A DNA stretch of 64,000 nucleotides, from NCBI GenBank assembly GCA_029262175.1, contig JAJCZV010000235.1:3014-67013 (forward strand), given 5' to 3'. The DNA comes from Gemmatimonadota bacterium. Its GTDB lineage: Bacteria; Gemmatimonadota; Gemmatimonadetes; Palauibacterales; Palauibacteraceae. The notes beneath the pieces are model-generated. The model saw only the letters and a list, made by a program, of their open reading frames with translations. It was not told where the DNA came from and searched no databases. Made by a program: the position numbers and the translations under genes. Positions 1 through 9,751 of the stretch are shown piece after piece (the stretch's first letter is position 1; every line of letters starts with the position of its first letter).

Positions 1-1467
1 CCGGCCGACATCAGCATGGATCTCAACTACAGCATCACGCCGAGTCTACGTGCCTCGGCAAGCATCAATACGGATTTCGCAGAGGTCGAGAGCGACCAAC
101 GTCGCGTGAACCTGACCCGTTTCCCGCTCTTCTTCCCGGAGCGTCGCGACTTCTTCCTGGAAGGATCCGGCGTGTTCACGTTCGCACCGCGAAGCGGCCC
201 GCGACCCTTCTTCTCCAGGCGCATCGGGATCAGCGGCGGCGAGCAGATTCCCATCAACTATGGCGCGCGGATCACCGGCCAGGTGGGACGTACCGAGCTC
301 GGCTTCTACCAGATGGGTACGGGGTCCCAAGAACTCTCGGACGATGACCGCACGGTGATCCCGCGCGAACAGTTCACCGTCGGCCGCGTTCGGATCCCCA
401 TCTTCGAGCAGTCCACGATCGGTGCGATCTACACGCGCCGCGCAACGTCCGCCGACACGAGCGGCTTCTCACCCGACGACCGACATACCGCCGGCGTCGA
501 CGTCGCTTACAACACACGCCGTTTTCTCGGTGACAAGAACTTCGACGCCGAGGCGTTCTTCGTCTGGAACTCGAACCCCGATCCCGCGATCGACCGCTCC
601 TTTGGAGATCTCAGCTCCCGAGGCTTCCGAATCAACTTTCCCAACGACGTGTGGACCGCGCACTTGTCCTACCGGGAGTTCGGCGACGACTACGACCCGG
701 CGGTGGGGTTCGTCACCAGAAACGATTTTCGGCGTGTCGAGCCTCGCATCGGATGGGCGCCACGCCCGGCGATCAGCTGGATCCGCCAGTTCGATTTCTC
801 GGCCCAGTTTCGGAACCAGACCCAACTCGGCACCGGCGTCCTAGAGGAACGCGAGTGGCAGTTCAACCTGCTTGGGATCGAGTTCGAGAGCGGCGACAAC
901 ATCGACATCCAGGCGACGCGCACGTTTGAATTCCTCGACGAGCCGTTCGAAGTCAGCGATGGGATCGAAATCGCGCAGGGAGACTACACCACCTGGCAGT
1001 ATGAACTTCGGGCCCGGACGTCGAGCAGACGGAGGGTATCGCTGCGCGGCGGCCTGACGTTGGCCGATTTTTGGAACGGCGATCGGACCGAGTACAACGC
1101 GAATGTCACGGTTCGGCCAAACCCGGGTGTGAGTTTGGAGACGAGTTTCGAGAGAAACGACGTCCGACTCCCGCAGGGTGACTTCACGACCAACCTCTAT
1201 CGACTCGAAGGCTCGTGGGATCCGAGTCCGTGGGTCAGCCTGACCAATCAGCTGCAGTACGATGACGTGAGTCGGGTCATGGGGCTATTCGCCCGCTTCC
1301 GCTGGATCCTCACGCCGGGCAATGACCTGTTCTTGGTATACACCCACAATTGGCAAAACTTCGACTCGGGACTGTTGCCAGACCCTTCGCCGGACCCGGA
1401 TGCGCTGGGCTTCACGACCCTCTCGCGCGGTGGGTCGATCAAACTAAACTACACCTACCGTTTTTGA
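1..1467 (+). CDS. Outer-membrane beta-barrel protein, C-terminal portion (DUF5916-like); the gene is truncated at the window 5' end
   Basis: The frame is open from nt 1. The C-terminus ...KLNYTYRF ends in an aromatic Phe, typical of outer-membrane beta-barrels, and beta-strand-like alternating hydrophobic stretches run throughout. There is no upstream stop, so the 5' end lies outside the window. Confidence 0.5.
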   Translation, partial: PADISMDLNYSITPSLRASASINTDFAEVESDQRRVNLTRFPLFFPERRDFFLEGSGVFTFAPRSGPRPFFSRRIGISGGEQIPINYGARITGQVGRTELGFYQMGTGSQELSDDDRTVIPREQFTVGRVRIPIFEQSTIGAIYTRRATSADTSGFSPDDRHTAGVDVAYNTRRFLGDKNFDAEAFFVWNSNPDPAIDRSFGDLSSRGFRINFPNDVWTAHLSYREFGDDYDPAVGFVTRNDFRRVEPRIGWAPRPAISWIRQFDFSAQFRNQTQLGTGVLEEREWQFNLLGIEFESGDNIDIQATRTFEFLDEPFEVSDGIEIAQGDYTTWQYELRARTSSRRRVSLRGGLTLADFWNGDRTEYNANVTVRPNPGVSLETSFERNDVRLPQGDFTTNLYRLEGSWDPSPWVSLTNQLQYDDVSRVMGLFARFRWILTPGNDLFLVYTHNWQNFDSGLLPDPSPDPDALGFTTLSRGGSIKLNYTYRF

Positions 1468-1513
1468 GAGCGGGGTCCGCCCCACCCTGAAGACACCCAC
1501 AGGAGACACCTAC

Positions 1514-2884
1514 GTGACCCATCTCCCTCGACTGCTTCGAACCCTCCTCATGGGAGTGGCCCTCGTCTCCTTTTCCGCGCCTACCGCCGCGTTCGGGCAG
1601 CAGCTGACCGACTTCGAGCAGTTGGCCCGCGACATTCTCGAGGAGCTCGTCGAGATCAACACGGCTCACTCTGCACAAGGGACTCTACAAGCGGCCGAAG
1701 CCATGGCGACGCGCCTCCGCGCGGCCGGCTTCGAAGAAGAAGATCTGGACATTTCGGTGGTCGCACCGGGCGAAGGCAACGTCGTCGCTCGCCTGCGCGG
1801 TCGCGACACGGGCCGAAAGCCGATCCTTCTACTCGCGCATATCGACGTGGTGGAAGCGGATCCGGCGGATTGGACCCTGCCGCCCTTCGAGTTCATCGAA
1901 CAAGACAGCACGTTCTATGGTCGTGGGGTCGCTGACGATAAGGACGAAGCCGCCATCTACACGGCGATCCTGATAAAGATGAAGCAGGAAGGGTTCGTCC
2001 CCGACCGCGACATCATCATGGCGCTGACCGCGGACGAAGAAGGCGGCGGACACAACGGGGTTGCTTGGCTCCTGGAGAACCGCCGCGAGTTGATCGACGC
2101 GGAGTTCGCCCTCAACGAGGGCGGCGGGGGAGTGGTGGTTGACGGACAGAAGGTGTCGAACGCCGTCCAAGCGAGCGAGAAAAAATTCCAAAACTTCACG
2201 CTCGAAGCGACGAATCCGGGTGGACACAGGACCGCCGTTGGCGCGTTCAAGCTTCCGGTCAACCTCAACGAAGTCACGACGGCGTTTTTCACGCGCTCGG
2301 CCGACATCGTCGACGACCCCGAAGTCGCTGATGCCATGCGCCGGATCGTAGCGGATCAAACCGATGCCGAGGCCGCCGCCGTCTTGTCGAAAGATCCACG
2401 CTACAATTCAATGATGCGCACAAGCTGCGTGGCCACGCTGCTCGACGGCGGCCATGCCTCCAACGCGCTTCCGCAGCGAGCGACGGCAAACGTCAACTGC
2501 CGCATCCTCCCCGACGAGTCCCCGGCCGACATTCGCGACGCCCTTCAGCGGGCCGTGGGCAATCCGAACGTCACCGTGACGGCGCAGGGTCAAGCGCGAA
2601 ACAGCGTGTCATCCCCGTTGACCCCGGAACTGCTCCAGACCATCGAGCGCGTCACCGACGAGATGTGGCCGGGACTCCCTGTGGTGCCGACCATGAGCAC
2701 AGGCGCGACGGACGGGCTCATGCTCCGAAACGCGGGCATTCCCGTCTACGGCGCGTCGGGCCTGTTCTACGGAGAGACGTTTCTTCACGGGATGAACGAG
2801 CGAATTCCGGTTCGGGCGTTCTACGAAGGACTCGAGTTTCTCGATCGACTGGTCAGGGCCCTGAGTACAGGCGAGATCAGCTAG
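1514..2884 (+). CDS. Secreted peptidase, M20 family (dipeptidase / carboxypeptidase G2-like)
   Basis: GTG start. An N-terminal signal peptide is present (LLMGVALVSFSAPTAAFG). The metal-binding block HIDVV...GRGVADDKDEAA and the ...DEEGGG segment fit M20/ArgE/DapE peptidases. Confidence 0.8.
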   Translation: MTHLPRLLRTLLMGVALVSFSAPTAAFGQQLTDFEQLARDILEELVEINTAHSAQGTLQAAEAMATRLRAAGFEEEDLDISVVAPGEGNVVARLRGRDTGRKPILLLAHIDVVEADPADWTLPPFEFIEQDSTFYGRGVADDKDEAAIYTAILIKMKQEGFVPDRDIIMALTADEEGGGHNGVAWLLENRRELIDAEFALNEGGGGVVVDGQKVSNAVQASEKKFQNFTLEATNPGGHRTAVGAFKLPVNLNEVTTAFFTRSADIVDDPEVADAMRRIVADQTDAEAAAVLSKDPRYNSMMRTSCVATLLDGGHASNALPQRATANVNCRILPDESPADIRDALQRAVGNPNVTVTAQGQARNSVSSPLTPELLQTIERVTDEMWPGLPVVPTMSTGATDGLMLRNAGIPVYGASGLFYGETFLHGMNERIPVRAFYEGLEFLDRLVRALSTGEIS

Positions 2885-3521
2885 CGACAGCTCGTTCATA
2901 CGCGCCGGCGAAGAAGTCGTACTCGCACTGCATCGCGTAGCTGTAGGCCGAGGAGATGAGTTCACCGGGCTCGGCCAGTCGATCGAGCATCGCCTCGAGT
3001 TCAGCGGCGAGATCATCGAAGTCGTCGCTGGCGTACGTGTCGATCCAGTCTCGATAGGGGTTGGCCGAGTGATCTCCGCCGGCCAGCTGGCGCCCAAGCC
3101 AAAGATACAGCTTCATGCACGGCGTCATCGCCGCCAAAATTTCGCCGGCGTCGCTTGTCCAGGCCGTACGCAGAAGGAAGTCCGTGTACGCGCGCGTCGC
3201 CGGGTCCGGGCTCACACGTTCCAGGTCGATGCCTAGTTCGGCTGCGTAGGACTTGTGAAGCTCGAGCTCGTCCAACACGCCCTTCATCAGCGAGTGGAGG
3301 AGTCGTGCCACATCTTCCTGCTCGGCCGAGCGGGCCGCTGCCAATGCGAACGCGCTAAAGAACGCGCGCAAGAAAAACGCGTCTTGACCGACGTAGTGTT
3401 TGAAGGTGTCGGCGGGCAGAGATCCGTCGGCGATCCCGCGGAGAAATGGGTGCGCGAGACAAGCCTCGGCCGTCGCCAGGTTCGTCCGCCACAACGTCTC
3501 GTGTAGCTTTTCCGAATTCAT
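2877..3521 (-). CDS. TenA family (thiaminase II / aminopyrimidine aminohydrolase-like)
   Basis: TenA_C-like sequence (FKHYVGQDAFFLRAFF...YLWLGRQLA...YRDWIDTYASDDF). The likely start is MNSEKL at 3521. The ORF-track extension to 3575 is probably upstream read-through. Confidence 0.7.
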   Translation of the reverse strand: MNSEKLHETLWRTNLATAEACLAHPFLRGIADGSLPADTFKHYVGQDAFFLRAFFSAFALAAARSAEQEDVARLLHSLMKGVLDELELHKSYAAELGIDLERVSPDPATRAYTDFLLRTAWTSDAGEILAAMTPCMKLYLWLGRQLAGGDHSANPYRDWIDTYASDDFDDLAAELEAMLDRLAEPGELISSAYSYAMQCEYDFFAGAYERAVAS

Positions 3522-3760
3522 TCCGGCTCCCCGGTCACGTTCGGTTCGGCGGCAGGGCCCAACCACCCCGTACATCGTGCCCTCGATCGGAAGTGCGCGG
3601 ACTGCGGGGCATTAGGCAAGAAACGAGGCTGTGTCTCGCGCCTCGGCCCGACCCTCAACGTTGCGCCGACCCAGTCTTGCAGCGCAAAGTTGACGGGAAC
3701 GTACGTTGCGTAGGTGCACTGCGCGGCGGCTGATGTCGGGTGACGACAACGGAGGCTGCG

Positions 3761-4942
3761 ATGATCTCGAAGCACAATGTTTCCCGCCGACGCTTTATGG
3801 GAGGAGCTGCGGCCGCGCTCGGATACCTGGGTCTTCGACCCGGTGCGGGGCTCGCCGCGACAAGTCCAGATCGTCGTCCGCGGTTCCCCTTCCTCGACGA
3901 CGAATACGACTCGCTCGCCAAGCTGTCATCCAACGAGAATCCTTACGGACCCTCGGAGTCGATGCTCGAGGCGATGAACGGCGCGTGGAAGTACTCCAAT
4001 CGCTACGGCTATCCCGATGGCGACATTCAGCAAATGATCGCGGATCACCATGGTGTCGACCCCGAAAACATTCTCATTGGCGCAGGCTCGGGCGAGACGC
4101 TCGAAGTCGCGGGGCTCGCGTTCCTCGGACATGACAAGAAGGTCATCGGAGTCGAGCCGACATTCACCACGGTCTATCGAACAGCCACCGGGATCGACGC
4201 CGATGTGATTGCCCTTCCGCTGACGTCTGACTATCGGCAGGACATCGCGGCGACCATCAAGGCGACCAAGCGAAACTACCGAGACGTCGGGATGGTGTAT
4301 CTCTGCAATCCGAACAACCCTACGGGTCGGATCGTCCCGTCCCGTGAGATTCGGCAGCTTTTGGATGGCATCCCCGAAGATGTTCCGGTGCTGATCGACG
4401 AGGCGTACCACCACTTCATCGAGGATCCCGAATACAGCACGTCAGTCCCCTACGTTCTCGAGGGACGGCAGGTGCTGGTGGCCCGCACGTTCTCCAAGAT
4501 CTATGGCATGGCAGGACTCCGACTCGGCTATGGCATCGCGCCGAAAGAGATGATCGACCGGATGCGCCCCTACAGCACCGGCAGCGTAAACGCGCTCGTC
4601 AAATGGGGCGGCGTCGCGGCGCTCAAAGACACCGAGTCCGAAGCCTGGGTCAAGAAGACGACGATCGCGCTCCGCAAAAAGACGGTCGCGGAAGTCGAGT
4701 CGATGGGGTACAGCGTGATTCCGTCGGAGACCAACTTCTTTATGGTTCAGACTGGCCGACCGGCATCCGAAGTCAGAGCGGAGTTTCGAAAACGAGACAT
4801 CGCCGTTGGCAGAGACTTCCCGCCGATGCTCGATCACCTGCGGGTTTCGATCGGAACGGAAGAAGAGATGGGCCGATTCATGACCGCGTGGAAAGAGATC
4901 TTCCCGGTGCGCAGTTCGGCGGGCGGCGCCAACGGTCGTTAG
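3761..4942 (+). CDS. TAT-exported class I/II PLP-dependent aminotransferase (HisC-like)
   Basis: Twin-arginine signal RRRFMGGAAAALGYLG. The aminotransferase core (NENPYGP...LCNPNNPTG...FSKIYGMAGLRLGY) shows HisC-like motifs. Confidence 0.75.
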   Translation: MISKHNVSRRRFMGGAAAALGYLGLRPGAGLAATSPDRRPRFPFLDDEYDSLAKLSSNENPYGPSESMLEAMNGAWKYSNRYGYPDGDIQQMIADHHGVDPENILIGAGSGETLEVAGLAFLGHDKKVIGVEPTFTTVYRTATGIDADVIALPLTSDYRQDIAATIKATKRNYRDVGMVYLCNPNNPTGRIVPSREIRQLLDGIPEDVPVLIDEAYHHFIEDPEYSTSVPYVLEGRQVLVARTFSKIYGMAGLRLGYGIAPKEMIDRMRPYSTGSVNALVKWGGVAALKDTESEAWVKKTTIALRKKTVAEVESMGYSVIPSETNFFMVQTGRPASEVRAEFRKRDIAVGRDFPPMLDHLRVSIGTEEEMGRFMTAWKEIFPVRSSAGGANGR

Positions 4943-6351
4943 TCGGTGTTTGGCCTGGGCTGGTCCCGGGCCGCCACAAAAGAGGCGACGGCGCGCTCGA
5001 TATCGTCGCGCGTCGTCGCCCACGAACAGACGCTGATGCGGATCACGGCTCTTCCCTTCCAGGTAGAGCCGCCGCACCAGCACTCGCCCTCCTCCTGTAT
5101 CCGATCCCGAACAGCAAGCGTGCGGTCGTCATCGCCGACAGACGCCAACACTTGGTTGAAGACCACATCGTTGTGAATCTCGAAGCCTTCTTCGAGCAGT
5201 CGCTTCGCAAACCACCGTGCATTGGCGCACAGTTGATCGACGAGCTGCTCGACTCCGGAACGCCCCAACGATTTCAGGACAGCCCATAGTTCGATCGAAC
5301 GGGCACGACGTGACATTGACGGCGTATAGCTCATACCGTCGCGATGCTCGCTCCACTGAAAATAGGATTCCCCGCCCGGATCCCCTCGGAACGTAGAAAC
5401 CAACGCCTCGCGGTCTCGACACAGAACGATCCCGCTGTCGTACGGCGCGTTCAACGTCTTGTGCGCATCGACCGCCCAAGAGTCGGCCGTTTCGATCCCG
5501 GCGAACTCGGACTCGAGTGCCTTCGATGCCCCGGCCCATAGACCGAATGCGCCATCGACGTGGACCCAACCATCTACGGCGTGAGCCCGCTCGCTAAGGG
5601 CACCAATGGGATCGAACGCGCCCGAATTCACGTTGCCGGCCTGTGCGATGACCAGCACTCCGGCTCTGAAGGGTGGGAGTTGATCCAGGGCAAGACGTCC
5701 TTGGTCATCGGTCGGCACCAACTCCACACACTCGGTCCCCAAACCGAGGAGCGAAACGACCCTGAACACGGACGCGTGCGCGTCTGCACCAGCCACCACT
5801 TGGATCGGGGGAGCGCCCCGTAGCCCCTGACGGGCGACATCCCACCCGCCCCGTCGCAGCAGCTCGTTTCGCGCGGCCGCAAGCCCGGACAAATTCGCCA
5901 ACGTCGTCCCGGTGACAAAGCCCGCGGCTGTCCCATCCGGCAGCCCGAGCAGATCGACCAACCATCGCTCGCACACCTCCTCGAGTCGAAGCGAGACCGG
6001 AGACATGACGTAGTGGGCGGTGTTTTGGTCCCACGTGTCGCCAAGCCAGCGGGCGGCCAAACCCACAGGTAACAGACCACCGTTCACGAAACCGAAGTAT
6101 CGCCCCCCCGTCTGAGCCATCGTGGCTGGCGATCCCACGCGATGGAGGAGATCGAGGACGTCGGTCGCAGCGCTACCTTCCTCGGGGAGCGGTTCGTCGA
6201 ACGCCTGCAGCGCCGCGATCGCATCGGGCGTAGGAGCCACCTGGCGTTCGTTCACCTCGGTGGCATACTCCTCTGCGAATCGATGCGCACGGTGGAGGAG
6301 CGAACCGAGTTCTGCCGCGCGCGGGGCGGCTTGATCGTCGAAGTTTCCCAT
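4939..6351 (-). CDS. PLP-dependent decarboxylase (group II, DHK motif)
   Basis: AVDAHKTLNAPYDSG carries the conserved PLP-lysine context of group II amino-acid decarboxylases. The start is uncertain: candidates are MGNFDD at 6351, MERPRH at 6405, or the ORF-track start at 6624. Confidence 0.65.
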   Translation of the reverse strand: MGNFDDQAAPRAAELGSLLHRAHRFAEEYATEVNERQVAPTPDAIAALQAFDEPLPEEGSAATDVLDLLHRVGSPATMAQTGGRYFGFVNGGLLPVGLAARWLGDTWDQNTAHYVMSPVSLRLEEVCERWLVDLLGLPDGTAAGFVTGTTLANLSGLAAARNELLRRGGWDVARQGLRGAPPIQVVAGADAHASVFRVVSLLGLGTECVELVPTDDQGRLALDQLPPFRAGVLVIAQAGNVNSGAFDPIGALSERAHAVDGWVHVDGAFGLWAGASKALESEFAGIETADSWAVDAHKTLNAPYDSGIVLCRDREALVSTFRGDPGGESYFQWSEHRDGMSYTPSMSRRARSIELWAVLKSLGRSGVEQLVDQLCANARWFAKRLLEEGFEIHNDVVFNQVLASVGDDDRTLAVRDRIQEEGECWCGGSTWKGRAVIRISVCSWATTRDDIERAVASFVAARDQPRPNTD

Positions 6352-6498
6352 CAAAGGGATCCGTGTTTCGAGTCGAAGCCCACCGTCATGGCGGGGCCGC
6401 TCCATCGCGAATCGGAAACATATCGAGCCGAGCGGCGTTTCATTAGCGGACGAGAATCTCGCTGTGGAGCCAACTCCTCCCTGATCTAGGGTGAACCA

Positions 6499-7197
6499 GT
6501 GACGAAAGCGCTCCATGGGATTCCTGACCGATCCCCCCCCGCTAAACAAAGGCGGCCTCCGACCGCACAACTCTTCGCGATTCTCTGCCTGATGCTGATC
6601 GCGACGTCGGGAATCGAGGCCCAAGTCGCCGTCGGTCTGCGGAGCGGTCTCAACTTCGCCAATGTGAGTTCGAGCGAGTTTGCGTTTGGGCGCTCGTCAG
6701 GGCGTACCGCCTTTACGGGCGGTGCTTTTCTCACGGTCGCGGGGTCCGGGAGTCTGGCGTTTCAAACCGAACTCCTCTATTCGCAGAAAGGGATTTCGAT
6801 CCTGGGCGAGGGCGGCAGTGCGGTGGCGAACATCGACTATGTCGAGGTGCCGGTGTTGCTCCGGCTGCGACTGAGCGATGAGGCGAACCGGCTCAGACCC
6901 CACTTGTTCGCGGGAATGTTCTTGTCGTTCGAAGCGAGCTGCGCGGCGGTGGGCACCATCGTCGGGCTCGACCCCGGCGGCGATTGCGTGAGCCTTCTGC
7001 CGGGGCGCGGTGAGACCGATGCCGGGGCCGTGATTGGCGGCCGCCTCGACTATGGCCTCGCCCGAAGATGGTTTCTCACACTCGACGCGCGGCTGAACCA
7101 AGGCTTTCTGAACCTCAATTGGGACGAGGACATCGACAGCGTGCGCTCCCACGTCTGGGCCGTCTCGGGCGGGGTCGGCCTATTGTTGGGGGCCTGA
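6499..7197 (+). CDS. Outer-membrane beta-barrel domain protein (OMP_b-brl/porin-like)
   Basis: A signal peptide (AILCLMLIATSGIEAQ) is followed by alternating beta-strand pattern and Gly-rich turns. The C-terminus is ...GVGLLLGA. Confidence 0.5.
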   Translation: MTKALHGIPDRSPPAKQRRPPTAQLFAILCLMLIATSGIEAQVAVGLRSGLNFANVSSSEFAFGRSSGRTAFTGGAFLTVAGSGSLAFQTELLYSQKGISILGEGGSAVANIDYVEVPVLLRLRLSDEANRLRPHLFAGMFLSFEASCAAVGTIVGLDPGGDCVSLLPGRGETDAGAVIGGRLDYGLARRWFLTLDARLNQGFLNLNWDEDIDSVRSHVWAVSGGVGLLLGA

Positions 7198-7269
7198 CCG
7201 GCTGAAAATCGCGGCGACCGAGCCGGCGAAGCCGACCCAGCCGGCGAAGCCGACCGAGCCGCCCGCTCC

Positions 7270-8601
7270 CTACGTCTTCGCGAGCGGGTTCACGCCCGCG
7301 AGCCACGCGCCGGCAAACGGGAGGGCGAGCACCCAGACCCGCAGACCGAGCCACCCCTCCCCCGCTACGCCAGATAGCGCGAGCAGTGCGAGCCCCCCGC
7401 ACGAGAGTAGACCCCCCGCGACCAGCCGCCACGCACCGATCGTCCTCGGCTTACTGCTCGCCCGCTCGAACCGCCCAAACCCGACCGCAAACGGGATCAA
7501 AGCCAGCGCGTAGAGGAGCATCCAGACGGGACGCACGGCCCACCAAGTCCCGCTCCCCGGCGGCACCGCGAGCCCGATGTCGCCGAGCAGGAGCGCGGCT
7601 CCGATGACGAGCGTCGAGGCGGTCAGGTGCCAGAGGAACACCGTCATGATCATCCCGTTGATCAGGACGGTTGCGGTCCAGGGCCGAGCGTGGGAAAGCC
7701 ACCGGCGCATCGGCACCTCGAGCGCGAGCAAGAGACCGCTCTGTACCAGGGCCAGCGCAAGCATCGGAAGCTTGGGTGGAAGCGTGTTACTCACCTCCTC
7801 GCCGGGAACGCTGACCATACTGACCGGATAGGGTCCGATCGCGACAAACCCGACCAGGGCGACCGCCCCGAGTAGGGCCCAGCCCAAGCCTTTGCGTGAT
7901 CCGGCCACGTGTCCATCTCGCCAGGCGTACCCGAGCTGATGGACGGCAAGCCAGATAAACGCGTAGTTGAGCCACCCCGCCGCCCTCAGGTCGGCCGCAA
8001 AAAAGAGAAGATCGTCGAGGATTGCGGCGAGCACGAGAATCCAAAACGAAGCGAGCCCGAAGCGCTTCCACCCCGCATACGTGACCGGCACCAACACGAC
8101 GACGACCAGATAGACGGCCAGGAACCAAATCGGAATGAGCGCCATCTGAGACGATGCGGCCACCAGCTCCGGCGCCATCCCGAGTTGACCGGCGAGCGCT
8201 CCGAGCAGAGCCCATAGAACGATCAACGGCAACACTGGACCAAGCAGACGCTGGAGCCTGCTTCCCAACCACACCGAATACGATCGACCAGCCTCGGTCG
8301 CCGAATTCCAGGAAACGCCGTTCGAATAACCGCCGACGAGGAAGAAGACGGGCATCACTTGAAAAACCCACGTGAGCCACCGAGTCCAGGGCTGGTGTTC
8401 CAGGAGGTTGCTGAGCCCGACCTCTCCCCCAGACACGTAGGGAGCCGCCATCATCCAATGTCCGATGACGACGGCACTGATGGAGAGCGCTCGCAAGAAA
8501 TCGACGTAGCGGTTTCGCGATTCGGGCGTGCGGGCGGCGAGTGCTGCGGCTTGTGACCAGATCCCCTTCGGACGCGGCTCGCGATCCTCCCTGTCGCTCA
8601 C
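7270..8601 (-). CDS. Acyltransferase family 3 (membrane O-acyltransferase)
   Basis: RNRYVDFLRALSISAVVIGHW is the characteristic N-terminus of Acyl_transf_3. About 10 predicted TM helices follow. Confidence 0.7.
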   Translation of the reverse strand: MSDREDREPRPKGIWSQAAALAARTPESRNRYVDFLRALSISAVVIGHWMMAAPYVSGGEVGLSNLLEHQPWTRWLTWVFQVMPVFFLVGGYSNGVSWNSATEAGRSYSVWLGSRLQRLLGPVLPLIVLWALLGALAGQLGMAPELVAASSQMALIPIWFLAVYLVVVVLVPVTYAGWKRFGLASFWILVLAAILDDLLFFAADLRAAGWLNYAFIWLAVHQLGYAWRDGHVAGSRKGLGWALLGAVALVGFVAIGPYPVSMVSVPGEEVSNTLPPKLPMLALALVQSGLLLALEVPMRRWLSHARPWTATVLINGMIMTVFLWHLTASTLVIGAALLLGDIGLAVPPGSGTWWAVRPVWMLLYALALIPFAVGFGRFERASSKPRTIGAWRLVAGGLLSCGGLALLALSGVAGEGWLGLRVWVLALPFAGAWLAGVNPLAKT

Positions 8602-8731
8602 GGCTTTCTCCCAGCAGTTGACCCGGTGGAACGACCCGTCACGACTTGAACGTCTCCAGATGACCGGCTCTAAGGTTCTGCCGCAATGGCTCCGTTACTC
8701 CTGAGTCGGAATGCTCTAACGGGACGGGCCG

Positions 8732-9427
8732 ATGGTCGAGAAGAACCGGCGCAACTTCTATCGTATCCTGCACGTCCAGCCGGACGCGCCGCAGCCCGTG
8801 ATCAAATCGTCCTACCGCGCGCTGATGTTGAGCCTCGAGATGCACCCGGACTTGGGCGGCGACCACTGGAACGCGGCGCTGATCAATGAGGCCTACTCGG
8901 TATTGTCGGATCGAACCCGTCGAGAACGGTACGATCGCGACAGGCTCGCGAGGGCCGGGCGCGGGCCGAAGCATCGACCCGAGCCAATGGGACCCGATGA
9001 CCGACTCCGATGCGTGTTCTGCGGCACCCGCGCCGAACCTGGGCTATCGCCCGCAGACCGCTGCAAACGCTGTCGAAGTCCCCTGGCCGAGTTGGACAAG
9101 CTCGAAACGGGAGGATCCGGCAAACGTTTGATCGATCGAGTGCCGCTGCGCGCGCGATTGGAGTACTTCACGACGTGGCCTCAACTGAAGCCGTTCGTGG
9201 GCACGCTCGAAGACCTGTCGCCAAACGGAATGCGGTTCGGCGGCGATACACCCGTCGGCGAACACACCATTCTCAAAATCGAGTCAGAGGTCATTTCGGC
9301 GACGGCCCGCGTGGCGTACTGCCGAACAGATGTCGGTGGAAGCGGGCCGGCGTGCGAGATCGGGGCGGAGTTTTTTACGCTCGAGTTCCCGAATCCAACC
9401 GGGACATTTCTGTCGACCCGCGCGTAA
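8732..9427 (+). CDS. J-domain (DnaJ-like) - CxxC zinc ribbon - PilZ domain fusion protein
   Basis: The J domain has the HPD motif (NFYRILHV...EMHPDLGG...YSVLSD). A 2xCxxC ribbon follows (CVFCG...CKRC). The C-terminus carries PilZ-like motifs RVPLRAR ... DLSPNGMRFGG (RxxxR / DxSxxG). Confidence 0.65.
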   Translation: MVEKNRRNFYRILHVQPDAPQPVIKSSYRALMLSLEMHPDLGGDHWNAALINEAYSVLSDRTRRERYDRDRLARAGRGPKHRPEPMGPDDRLRCVFCGTRAEPGLSPADRCKRCRSPLAELDKLETGGSGKRLIDRVPLRARLEYFTTWPQLKPFVGTLEDLSPNGMRFGGDTPVGEHTILKIESEVISATARVAYCRTDVGGSGPACEIGAEFFTLEFPNPTGTFLSTRA

Positions 9428-9439
9428 GAGAGCCTCGAG

Positions 9440-9625
9440 TCAGTCCTTCGTTTCTCCGACCAGCTTGTAGACGGCCGCCCAGCCGACGGCGAGGTAGACG
9501 ATGCGGGCGAGCGGACCAAACAGGCTCCCGACGAGGTTGAAACCGAACAGGCCGATCAGGCCCCAATTCAAACCGCCGGCCAGCAACAAGAACGCCGCCA
9601 GCCTACTCCATTCTTTGTTCTTCAC
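9440..9625 (-). CDS. DUF378 family small membrane protein
   Basis: GLNWGLIGLFGFNLVGSLFG is the canonical DUF378 core. GTG start with GGAG 7 nt upstream. Confidence 0.75.
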   Translation of the reverse strand: MKNKEWSRLAAFLLLAGGLNWGLIGLFGFNLVGSLFGPLARIVYLAVGWAAVYKLVGETKD

Positions 9626-9751
9626 TGCGTGCTCCGATTCTCAGTTCGTCAGGTTGGTAAGGCGCTCCGACAAGGGGCGGTCCGGTCCTTACGGCTCTCT
9701 CGACGTCAGGTTTCAACCTTCCGTAGGCGCCCCTAAGACGCTCCACCGGGC

